A stretch of DNA of 54,533 bases from assembly GCA_000826855.1 (NCBI GenBank), contig JTLS01000015.1, positions 1-54,533 of the forward strand. Reading direction: 5' to 3'. Below the pieces are notes generated by a model. The model saw nothing but the letters and a program-made list of their open reading frames with translations, did not search any database and was not told where the DNA came from. A program made the translations under genes and the position numbers. This stretch comes from Basidioascus undulatus. Lineage: Eukaryota. Positions within the stretch are counted from its first letter, which is position 1, and each line of letters begins with the position of its first letter. This document shows, piece by piece, positions 37,908 to 49,997 of this stretch.

Positions 37908-40900
37908 ATGGCGCCCTTTACACCGCTCTCTTCGTTCAACATCCCGGTGGCGGCCTCGCTGCCGCAATGGTCGGCATGTCCGACGATGGACCTCCTCGCG
38001 CTACCCGCCGCGGAGGGCGCCAAGGTCGCGCTTTGGCGCATCGCAGGTACAAAGGTCTGGGAGGCGGAAGTTGAGGCAGCCGGAGAGGCAGGTGTCGCGG
38101 CTGGCGCTTGGAGAGCGGACGGTGAGTCTTGGGTATCTGAACTAGGTCGAATGTCCTTGGGGATTACATGTGGGAGTTGGCAAGCTCGGTAAGAAGGGGA
38201 ACGCTCTGGCATGGAACCGGTTTTACGTTGCTGTTACCGGGCACGCAGAATGATTACTTCCTCATAGAATGCTGATAGCTCTCCTTAAAGGCAATCTTCT
38301 CGCCCTGTCCCCTGCATCCTCCCGGCTCATCCACCTCGTCTCCGTCCACTCCGGCCAGACCGTGCAGTCCCTTCACCTCCCAGAAGGGCAGCATGCGCTA
38401 CGTCTTGCCTGGGCTGAGGTGCGTCTTCGCGTTCCACTCGTCTCAGGGCCAAAACATGGCTCAGATAGATACTACCTCGCAGGCAGACGGCGAGGAAGTC
38501 GGCGGTGTGGACTCGAGCGCTCAAGTGCTGGGCATGCTCCCGCTTCTACCGCCTTACAAGGACCAGTCGACCTCGTACGCGCCTTTGGTCCACCTATCTA
38601 ACTTTTGCTAATCCCACCTGCTTTGTAGAACGTCTCTCTTCACTTCCGCCCTCCCCGCCGCGGTCGCTCCTCGTGCCCGATCCCCACATCCATCCATGTC
38701 CGGCTTCCCGCGCATACCCCTGGCACCCACATCTGCCACCATCTCCTCATCTACAACCTTCCCACTCTCCGCCTCGGGTCAAGCGGTGCTGCTCGCCCTC
38801 ACACCGACGCACCTGCACATCTATCTGCACGGCACGCTCCTGCTGTCTTCCATCCCGCTTCCCTCACTCTCGCCATCTCCGCCCGTCATCTCCGCTTCGT
38901 CGGACCTCAAGTCCGTGTCCACACTGTCCCACAATGTTCATCTCGACATCCCCCCCAGCCTGTCCAAGTTTGCGCGCAACGCGAGCAGGCTCGCCAGTGT
39001 GCTCGAGTACGCACTGGAGGGTGTACGGCGGATGGAAGATGCATGGACGGGCGACGCGGGTGCGCGGAGGGAGAGCGACAGCTGGCTGGACAAGATGAGG
39101 GAGGAAGAGCGGATGGGTGCGTGGCGGTTCTGAACCACCCTGCGTCGGCGAGTCTCCTGACGCTAACGAAACGGGGAGGACAGCTACCGACCCGACGCCG
39201 CCTGACCTCGAGCTCACACGCCTACTGCTCACAGGCCGGGCTAGCGACACCCTCACCGAGTTCGTCTCGTCGAAGCTGACTGAGAGGGTGCGTCGCGCTT
39301 CTGCGTTGTTCCCGTCGCTCTCGCTGAGCAATGCTCTCCACTCGGTAGGCGCTCAGCAAGTGGACGTCCACCGTCTGTTCCGCCCTCCGTCTGATCCGCA
39401 CCACGACCCTCTCAAGCGTCTTCCCCGCTATCGAGCGGGTCATGGTGCTCATCGATGAGCTGCGAGCATTCGCGGAGACGTGCGTCTTCTCTCCGTCATC
39501 ATATTTGCGACGAGCCTGTAACCGAGGGTTTTTGATCGATGCGTACGATTTCCAGACCGATCCACTTTGACGCCTTCGCGCTTCAGCCGAGTGAGCTCGC
39601 TTCCTTGGCCTCCCTCGCGGCACGCGCCGCGCGCAGAGCGTGGGACCTCGGTCGTGCGGCCCGGGTCGAGACGGAGCGATTTGGGGAGTTTGGGAAGTGG
39701 TTGAAGTTCGGTACGCGGCTTAAGATTTCACTCGGTAGTCTCGATAATTTCAGCTGACGGTAATTGAGCCGCGCAGAGATCGACCGCATCGCCTCGCTTG
39801 AGACTCCTCCGGACGAACGCGAGCGCCTCAAGGCGACACACGACGTCCTTTCCTGCGCGACGTACCTCGAGACGGGGCTGGTCAACTCTCCGCTTGACGC
39901 GTACCTTCTTCCCCCGCCGTCTCCGCGCCCACTTCCTCCCTACACTCCTCCTACCGCCCAAAGTCTGGACGAGACGCTCGCTCGAACGCTGTCCGTCCTC
40001 CGCGGAACCGCGCCCCCGGAGGACCTCCCTCTTCCGAACAGACGCGTGAGCGGCACGGGCCGCGTGTCGACTGGACCGACGGTACCGCGCCGAAGCCTGA
40101 GGGAGGGCGGCCGGCCGAGCTTGGGTGGGGCGGGGGCGGGGCCGAAGGCTAGGGATGGGCTGGAGAGTGGGATGGAGAAGGCAACGCTGCAGGAACTTGT
40201 GGCGGAGCTGGCTAGGAGTGCGCGCGAGGTTGTCAAGCGCGCGGTGGAACGGGCTGGGGCGCGGGTGCAAGTGCGGGACAGGGAGACGTTGTGGTCGGAG
40301 GTGGGCGTGGTGAGGGAGAGGACGGTCGTGCAGGTTAGTTCTGATGTCGACAGTGAGGAGCCTCGTCTGTAGCGGGTACGCTGACCGAGACGGCGGAGCA
40401 GGGCGAGACGGCGTGGCAGTACCTCGCCTACACCTCTTCCGCGCCCCAAGACGACTCGCAACTTCGCTGTATGACATGGCCTTCTCAATCGGCCGCGCCG
40501 TTTGCAGCCGGATGTACACTGACTGCGTTTTCTAATCCCCGAAGTGCACCTCACTCGCTCTGCGCTGCCCTCCGCGCCTTCCAGTCCGCGCACAACGCTC
40601 ACGTTCCATGTCGACCCGTCGTACACCCTCCTCGACCACGACTTCTTCGACGACTCGACGCTCGTCCTTCTCCTTCGCTCATCCTCCGACCCTCCAGCGC
40701 ACATCCTCGCTGTAGTCCCGTATTCTCCCGAGACGCTGGAATGGTCATTCTCGGAAGTGCGTACATACTTTCCTGGCCGCCGCGCTTTGATTTTAACGCT
40801 TAAGCCGAGCCGCTGATGATTGCCGTGCCGTTCACAGGAAATGCCCTTGCCCGTCGAAAAGCAGCGCGAGCTGACAGGCGAGCCGGTCGCACTCGCGCTG

Positions 40901-41062
40901 AACGGGAGGAAAGGGCGGCGGATTGCCGCAGTGCTTGGCGGAGCGGGGAAAGCGGTGGAGGTGTGGGATCTTGATGAGGATGAAGATGAAGAGGAGGACG
41001 AAGAGGAGGAAGGAGAGGGAGAGGGAGAGGGCGGTGAGGGGGACGAGGAGATGAACGAGTAG
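37908..41062 (+). CDS. APC4: Anaphase-promoting complex subunit 4
   Basis: N-terminal ACPTMDLLAL...VALWR...VWE...AWRADGNLLAL (ANAPC4 WD40-like), then LTRLLLTG...LTEFVSSKLTER.LSKW, FPAIERVMVLIDELR, FGEFGKWLKFEI, LALNGRKGRR, and an acidic tail. Confidence 0.85.
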
Positions 41063-44000
41063 GCTGCTGAGCCTGGCACATTGACGATGCTGTGATGTGC
41101 ACCCAGCGCAGTGTGGGGTTTTCCTGATGTGCCCTCCTCAGGTGACCTGGCGCAACGTCCCCACGTTGTGAAAATGACTGGCTTGTAGCACGCAAAAACT
41201 GATGCAGCGTAATATCTGAACTGCACCTCCTTCATACGCACATGCAGTGAATAATAGTTCAGAAGGCTTCTGGCCTCCCTACGCATGTATCATAATTTTT
41301 CCAGCATGACTGTGAGCCTGTGGTGGTCTCAAGGTACGCAGCGGTCCTGATTCTCATCTGGTTGCCTCAGAAGCTCTGCGGAAACATCAACGTGCGTTTC
41401 CATTGACGAGGCTGCCTGAACTGATGTTTTGGCAGGCGGTCTGGCGTAAAGACGAAGACCAACACCCTTGCGAGGGAGTTTGAGAGAGCCTTTGTTGTTA
41501 TTTTTGTATGGTTTACCGTATGGTTTTTGGGCGTTGGGGGTCAGGCAAGGGAAAGTGGGGAACGTGAATCGCAGCTGCCCGTCGCGAGGGTGATTGGACA
41601 TCATTGCATCCGCCGTCCTTAGCTCGGGCTCGGACCTTGGTTGAACCTTGGTGCCAAAAGGGTTTTCTTGAACCAAACGCAAAGAAAGGACTGCTAGTGC
41701 AGACTTCGGAAAGCCATCCGTGACTCCGTCGCGCTGTGTGTTTGTGAACGCGACTGCATGCGTGGTCGGGTTAGGTCTTCGCGGTGTTATAATACCAGGA
41801 CCGCTTATGATAAAAGAGAAGAATTATGAAGAGGGAGGAGTGGGCTACCGTACGGCCGTCATTACTTTGCGCATCGGAGGTGAAAAGGGAGCGGCGCAAG
41901 TATCCTATGCCCTATGCAGTTCCGTGGGTTCAAAATGCGGCGGATCAGGTAGAGTCGCTAGTTCAAAACGTTTTGAGTTTCAAGTGAATCCTGTGGGTTT
42001 GTGATGGATTTGAAAGAGCTGGATAGGTCCCTACATGACGACTGCCGTGGCAGCGCTACAACGAATCACTTGCTGATCTTGCCCAATAAGTACACGGCCG
42101 GTACCCGTTCAGAAAGTTTGACGAATTAGGGGCTGGGCATGGAGAACATATATGGAAACAACTGAATGTTTTTTCTGAGTTTGTTCACAGGTGGAACGAC
42201 TTCGCAATGCCGCGAGCTTCGTCCAGTCGAACTGGCTGCAGGGCATTTCGGAAGCCCTCGCCTGGGTCATGTGCATGGTATACTCGAAAATGGAACATTA
42301 GCACATGATTCTATAGGACCTGCGGTTTACCGACAGTCCCTCGACCTGAGACCGGACTATGTATCATGCAACGTTCGGCTGTGCCCTTTCACCTGTCGCA
42401 TCGGCCTTTTTCATGCCTCTTTGTGAGCCGCAGGTCTGTTTACGGAATGGGTTTTTTTTTTATTCTTTGCTTGCCTCGCACCACCCTTCAGCTTGGACAA
42501 CTGGCCACAACGTTGCGGTATGGGTGGTTTGCAGCTTACAACTTCAAGCTCGCTTTACCTCTATTGGGTCATTGACCAGTATGTAACCCTGATAATAAAA
42601 GTCTATTCATTGGATATTGGGCGGGTTCAGAGGACGGGCCGCTCTACTGGCCGGCCCTGAACTCGACGTTGTGTGTGCTTCTCCGCTCCTCAACCTTCTC
42701 ATTGTCAAGGCTAGTTCTGCCCGGACAGGGGTCATGCATTGTAAGCCAAAATAAACACATGAAAAGTGTTGCAAGATGGCGTCTCCTGCTGTGGCAGCAA
42801 CAGGATGGATCATAGTTAACTAGCAAAAATAGTTGAATAGTTGAGGGACACCCGACTTGAACGGATAACCTTGCGATCTGGAGTCGCACGCGCTACCATT
42901 GCGCCAGCCCCCCGACGTTGTTCTATTAATCTTCCAATTTAGAGAATAAAGGAAGGTTTTGTCTAAGGGTCGTGAAATGAAATCTTATCTCTGGGGACAT
43001 GCATTGGCCCACAAAGTGGCTGTGTTGGTTCTGCGAAAAGCTTTAAAGCAGTGCTGCGGGTCCTTTCCAACTCAGTAACTGCAGAATGGCTAGCCTGCAT
43101 GTCGAGTACCACTGCGAACCCACAGTTGGTTGCGGAGTCTTTGTGCATTAGAGTAAGTTGCCCCGATGCATTTGGTCTATCGGTAGACGCAGAGATAAAA
43201 TCCCATACTCCCGAGGCTGGGGCAAAACCCTGTCATGCCACCTCACAACTCTTTTTCTCTCCTTGGGGGCCACCAGCGTCAACTTACATATCCAATAAGC
43301 AGACCAGGGGTGAAATGGTGATATAGAACTAGAGACATTTATGTAGGTCACACAAGGGCCTGCAAGAAGTGCGTCGAGGCAACCACCAGCATATTAGCCG
43401 GCAGCTTCCCAGACGAAACGGACCGCAGGTCTTCTGTCCGGACCCTTACCATTGTTTGGGTCTTCACTGGAACCTTTTCGGTTTGCTTCTAAACCAAAGC
43501 GGTTTATAGTAGTGGGTCCTGAAGAAAAGAAAAGGAGTTCATATATGCGGGAGGAGTCCAGGTAATTTCAATGAACCTGCTAGTATCGGATCGCTACAGA
43601 GTCGAATCAATCGATCCATTCCAGACACCAGAAGAGAGTGAATGTTCCCAGCATACGATAAATTAAGGGATGTTTGGATCTTACCTTTGCTCGGGATCAC
43701 CAAGAGGATGAGCATCCGGTGGACTAGGGAGTACGCCGGTTTTTCGGTATAGGGGAAATCAGGCCAAAGTTGAGAAGCCGGACGGGCAGGCGTAGATGGT
43801 TTATGTGCGTTCTCTTGGGGAAGGGAAAGATCACTACTTTTCTCGTGGAATGCCATAGTGATAAAGATCCTCACCTGCAGCAGAGAAGAGGAGCTTCGTA
43901 CCGCGAACGCTTCTGCCCTGAGCGGCGCGACAGCGCCCCCTCCGATTCTCGCGTTGTCGGTCCGTCCACCTTTCGCGGCACTCGCGGCCCTCCATAGTCG

Positions 44001-44933
44001 CGCTGATTAAGGTCCCAAGGCCCCAACAGCCATTTTCTTCTCACCTTCTGGCTGACAGGACTCGCGAGGCGCAGGGCAAGGGTGCTTCCGTCACGCCAAA
44101 CATCGCAGCAGCCGCGCTCGTCGTCATGGACTTGGCATACCGGCGCAGGCCGTACCAGGGTCGGGAATCAGAGGTTCCCTTCGTGTGAGGAAGTCTGTGG
44201 AGCAAGGCCATCGTCTTTAAGGCAAAAAGTGGGAGGTGACGTTCGAGGACAAGGCGAATGAGGGCGACGGCCGCTGAGCGCCCGCAGCGATGCGATACTT
44301 CTCTTCTTCTCTCCCCCCTTCGAGGAAGAAAATTGCTGAATCTGAATGAGCGTGTGGTTCCAGTCGACCCTTCAGCGAAGCCGACGTCGAGCGCATGATC
44401 GCCTATAGACAGCGCTATCCGACCGTTTTGCAGGCCATGGACCTGCTCGCACATGACGTTGGTTCCCCGCTTGTTCTGTCATCAGCAGGGATATCCCACT
44501 TTTGAAAGAGCCTTGCTAGTATCTACGCCACTCTTCCGACACCTACAAGACAAATGGGGCCGTGACAAAATCGAGATAGAGCGGCTCGTGCCCCAAAGCT
44601 CGCTGCGCGAACTTTGAGCAGCCGGTCTTCTATATTTCTAAACTGGTTTCCCCGGCGGCATTACCTGATACCGGAGGATAAATTAGAAGACCCCCGCACG
44701 CGTCCTCGAGCTCCAGGTCTCGGGGTGCAAAGAGGCAGCTTGCCGAAGATTCCAGCCGTCCCAGGTGCGCAACCGCTTACTCCGTCCACCTCACACTGTC
44801 AAATCCCTCAACTCCTTGGACTTTCCCATGATATCGCTTCAAATTGCACAGATAATACATGCCCGGAAAACTACATGTACACAGTCCCACTCCATCCTTG
44901 CGACGGCCCATCCCGGTAATGGTGACAGACTGC

Positions 44934-47900
44934 TCAAATGTCGTACCCTGCAAGGAGAGTTGAGTCAGCAGCCTGTGCATATAATTATGAATAAAGACGC
45001 ACTGAAGGTGAGGTTTTGTTTGCTGTTTTGTCAGAACAGTGCAGTCAGCAGGCAGCAGAGGATCAATCCACATTCGGCGGAAACTAACTCTGTGAGGTCT
45101 TCAAAGGCACGGTCCACTTGAGCGATCTCGCCCATTGCGTCCCGGAGCTTGTTTTCCCTGATGTTGTAGAGCATGTGCGTGATGGCCAGGACGAGGGCGA
45201 TTAAGAGGCAGATCAAGGATGCCATGAAGCCATCCTTATATCCAGGGGCCTATTATGCCATAAAAGCGGACGGAAAGTCAGCTTGACAGTCGCCGTAATG
45301 AACACACTGGGCGAGATCGGACCTGGTCCTTCTTGAAGAACAGCGGGCCCCTGGATTGTGCCGAGTCAATTTACCATGATATGCTGGAGGCAGGGATGAT
45401 AACTTACGCGATGTTTCCCAAGCAGTACCCCACGTACAGCCATCCTGCTGCGAATGTTTTCTTGGAATATCCGCCGACATTGGAGATGGAGAAGCCTGGG
45501 GCAACAGGTTATTGGATGCCTCGGTGGTGGATGGAGAAGTTCGATTACCCATGCACTGAGCATATCCGGCTGAAAAAGGAGCACAAATCCAAGTCTGAAA
45601 GATGGCTTTCAGGGTTATGCTGACGCAGAAGTCCAGAAACATAGCACTCACGGCGAAGAGCAATGCTCCTTTCATCGATACTCTGTCCAAGGACTAGTAA
45701 TAGGGTCGTAAGTTACAAGCGGAATGATTGGAGGAAAAAGAAAAGACCGACCCAGAGCATGGCACATCCGATGATGGGAAGGACGCAGAAGAAGCATACC
45801 TGGCGTGATGCTGGCATTCAGCTATGGGACAAAATAAAAATGGCGCGAAAACGACACACCACCGCTGTACGCAAGTTCCTGTACTTCGACGAGAGCCAGC
45901 CGCTCACAAAGACTAGAGAAGAAGCAATCATTCAGCACGCTTGCTGTGTACATGTGATCAGAAAAAAGAAACGACGCGTACTGCCGACGAACGAGAAGAC
46001 GCCGGCTTCAAGCAAATAAATCGGTGAGGATTCGTTTGCAGCTGCCTAGCTACCGGACTTACATGGAACAGTCTGAAGAATAAGCGGGTTGGCGAGCGTC
46101 AGCCCCCACATGTAATCTCGGTCGCCAGCGCATCATCCACATACCAACAATAGAGTCTCATAAGAGTCAAATCCCTGGGTGTACTCGTCAGCGTAAGGCG
46201 TCGATTTGGATATAGGGAGCAGGCCTACCATCGACTGAATGATGATTGTACTGAACGTGGAGACAAGGCCGTTTGTTGTGCTGATGCAGAAAGCCATGCA
46301 GAAGACAAGCCACATGCTGCGCTCATGGGACCGCTCAGTACGCCTGTGTGCCACTGGTTCTCCCCGACGACACAAAATCTTACGCACCGAACATCCGTCA
46401 AGGCCTCTCGCACTTGATAAATTTGGAATTGCTTGACTTCGATACTGGATTGATTTTCGCGCAGGCGCTCCAGGGCCTGACAGAATGCGAAATCAGCACG
46501 ATAGGAAAGCGACAGTCTTGCGAAAGTCGTCGCTCGTTAACACACCACGTAGCGTTCGCGCTCTGTCAGGAACTTGGCGGTGAGGGGGCTGTCCGGAAGA
46601 CTGCAGAGTGATTGGTTAACATCGTGCTCTGTAGCCTTCTTAGGTGGAAGCAGCCTACAGAATCCAAACGGCCACGCCCCACAGCAACGTCACAGCACCC
46701 GTATGAATCCTAGTCTGTCAGTGCGATGCATTGTACGCCGAATGTGAAAAGTAGGCAGGACTCATCAGAAGTAGAACAGAATGGGCCAGGGTCCAGCCTT
46801 CCCTGGGGCCACTTGCGGAGCGCGCAGGATGCCGTACGCTGCAGCGGCAAAGAGACGAGATCAGTCATGTCCCGTTATGAAAAGATTAAAGTATCGGCCA
46901 CATACAGATGAAGGACGCCACAATAACCGCTGCTCAACGTCCGTCAGCACCTAGTGATTCAAGAGGCGACCTTTCCGTGCGTACAGCCTCCAGTGAACGA
47001 GTACCACTGTCGAAAAAAACCTTCAGTTGGTGTTGGTTTCCCACACTGACAATAAGACCCACCGTCGCAGCACGGAAGGCTTGTTCACTTTTGCGGTAGT
47101 ATTGCCCAACGAACAGCCTGCCGAAAGGGGTTGGCGCAGGGTTCTGGCCGTTGCCTGCATGACACTCACATGAAAGCACTGTTGGACATGCTCAGCACAA
47201 GCTATCATGCGACAGTTATCCCTATGATAACTCACGGAGAAATTCCGGCTTCGAGAAATCCAAGGAAGAACCTCTGGAGTGGACTGCTTGTAAGCTGCCG
47301 ATGGGTTGAGAGCCGCCGAAGGCTTGCCCACCTGAGCCATGAGGCCTTCGTAGTTCTTGCAGGCGGGCGTAATTATGAAGACAATTCCCCAAAGTAGGAC
47401 GTAAGTTGCACAGCATTTGCCGATCTGGAGAAACCGATCTCCATTTCAGCCGCAGATGTGAGCCGGCAATGGGGAGCAGTCGTATACCGGCAATTTCTGA
47501 GCGATCCAGGCCAACGGCAGCGATCCAGCCAGGTACCCAACACTTTCGCACGTGCGTTATGTTAGGGGTGGTCTCCAAGGCTGATAAGAGAGATGCGGAC
47601 TAGAAAATCATGGCTGCGTTGGAGTAGCGTCCCGTATCGAGCGTGCCACCCACGACGCGGTAGAGTCCGAGGTCTTTTCAAGATGCTTGTTCAGCAACCA
47701 ACGGAAACCGATTCAAGGAGAGTACTATACCTTGAACTATACCAAATATAGCGGCGAGACTGAGCCCAACCTTGTCTACGTACTGCGCAGCCGCCAGAAA
47801 ATCAGCCATGCTTTTTGTTCAGTCTCTGGGGTATCTACTCATGCTCACCTGCAAGCCTTGGGTTATGCACATGATAGGCTGCATCCTCCAATCAATCTTC

Positions 47901-48076
47901 TTTAGCAGTGCCGCCTCCTCCTCAGGGGTGATGGGCTGCCCCCGATGAGCTTCGAGGAATGCGAGCGCTGGGTCCGCCTTCCCATGGTGCTCGTGGTGCG
48001 GAAGCGTCCCACCCTTCTCCGCCTCTTCTATATTATAGATCTCTCCACCCTTTTCGGTAGTTGGGCTGAGTGACAT
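44934..48076 (-). CDS. MFS anion:cation symporter, allantoate permease (Dal5)-like, ~26 introns including one AT-AC intron
   Basis: LLKKIDWRMQP, YVDK, RFFLGFLEAGISP, YRKSEQAFRAATWYS, WPILFYFWGAVTLLWG, LPDSPLTAKFLTERER, SNVGGYSKK, GYCLGNIAGP, RENKLRD, AFEDLTDKQNLTFRYDI*. Confidence 0.92.
46701..46765 (-). other. Non-canonical AT-AC intron (U2-like signals)
   Basis: Minus strand reads TTC TG|ATGAGT...CTGAC...CATAC|G GGT GCT. Removing these 65 nt restores TGG (Trp) and the family spacing WxxxFxxxG. Confidence 0.72.
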
Positions 48077-49997
48077 AGTGGACGTGATGATGGTGTGGTT
48101 ACGCTCAGGCATGACAGCTCCTCTATAAGAGGAAGTAAGACGAGTTGTCCGGTCTGCCGGCTAAAGCGTCAACCGGGCGGCAACACAAACATTGACCGTT
48201 CCAAGAGAATGGGAAGATCATCAGGTCCGTCAAAATGCCAGTAGGTACAAAGTGAGCAGGACGAGAACCACTGTAAAGCGAAGTCAGGAGGACAACGCGC
48301 CATGTGCGTTGTGCTCGTGATCAGGGACGAAACTCTGCTGCTGTCCGCTCTTGGCACACCCAGTGAAGGCGTGGAATGTGCAGCACAGCTACAGCAACCC
48401 GGCAGCAATTAGCAGTGTTCACATCATCTGCATACACAGGCGTTCATCAGACAGCTGGCCACCAGCTGGCTCTTGACACGCGAGCCAGTGATCGCCGGCA
48501 AGTGGCTCCCACCCGCGTGACGACTCAAAAACTGATACGGGCACTCGAATCTATGTTGGATCCAAGGGAAAATGGCAGACACTTGAATGGACAGTGAAAA
48601 AAATCGCATAAAATGGCTTGCATTGCGCTTCCAGGCAGCAGAATTTCGCACACGTAAGATCACCCCATCCTCAGATTCTGTTCTCCCAACATAGGATATA
48701 ACAAAAAGCTACGCTAGAGAAACCCATCCTCAGTGTATCTTGGGGCAAGATCTGCGAAAGCACAGGACAGAGTCAGCTCGTGGGTACCCTGAACCATGGA
48801 CCTACAAGTCGTGAGCCTGCCCAGCATCCCGCAAATCACCCATCAAATCCTACGCATGCGGATACATACACGGTAGGCTGAGTGACCTGCTCAACCAAGC
48901 AGATCTGTTTCCAGAGATACTGGGATGGGTGAGACGACGCACTTTGAATCCCGGCACTAAGGATGAAATCCTGATGTTGGTAGGAGTGTGCCCCTATCAA
49001 GAGTGCAAGTCAGAAATACACAGCATCAAATTAAGTATCCAATATGCGCTGCAAAGTTGGGGAGGGAAATGCAAGAGGGAGCAGAGCAACAGGTGGTCGT
49101 GGTCGTGGGGAAAGACGACCACCCGTCGCGCGCGCTGTAAGGTGCCGTGATGCCTCCACCCAACTCTTCGTCTGAATTTCGCGTTCGTGCCCAAGGACTG
49201 CATGGGCACTTCAATTATTTGCTTCGATCCCTTACGATAAAGACTCCCAAGACATATATACGAACTTTCTGAATTTCCTGTGAGTGAGACCCGGCCTCTT
49301 TGAGGGCTAGAAGAATCTTGTATTACGTGTCAAGATGATGGCTCGAACGCGCAACTGCATGACCTCTGTGCAGTGTCTTGGCACACCGGTTAATAATTCT
49401 CTTCCAGATGGCCCCCGTAGCTCCCATCTGCATCTGCGTGCCAAGTGAGACACATGCATCCGCTCCAAATGGCTCCCAATGTGTGTTCATTGGGAAGACA
49501 GATGTCCTTGCCAGGTGGAAGCCACATGCGTACTTTTAGCTGGGTGCCAGTCGAAGCGTGAGCGGCTGTGTACTCGTCCACCGAAGCGTGGCAACCCGAT
49601 CAGGTACGGGCGGAGATGCGGACGACGATGCTGTCAGACAACTGCACCCGACTCGCATCGTGGGGACCTGATCATAGCCATGTGGGTTCAAGACTGAGGT
49701 ATACATGCAGTGGGTGAAGAAAAGAAAAGAGTCAGGCAGGAAAAATAGGAAAAAAGCGAAGTGTAAGGAGAACCAAAGACAGCCTCAGCGCGAGGTCACG
49801 ATGGACAGAAGAAAGCGCACCGGTAGAAGAGTCTGATGCAAACTGGCAGGGTGAATGATGCAAGGCGGCAACAACGAGGAAGCAAAAAAGGGGGCGGGGA
49901 ATGGAGAAATGCAAGAAACGCGATGCTAAGAAACCAAAACACGGTACGGAACTCAAGATGCCCGGAAGAGAGATGGAAACAAGACATGAGAATGAAA

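Noticed and set aside
46701..46765. U12 (minor spliceosome) intron
   Set aside because: The donor is ATGAGT rather than ATATCCTT, and the branch is CTGAC rather than TCCTTAAC.
44934..48076. MFS transporter as a pseudogene (TGA at 46767-46765, no GT donor)
   Set aside because: An AT-AC intron restores the frame and family spacing, and I found no other lesion in the gene.
7716..48076. Secondary-metabolite or detoxification cluster (AKR, laccase, ArsB-like, MFS)
   Set aside because: There is no backbone enzyme or cluster regulator, and the genes are interspersed with unrelated housekeeping genes.
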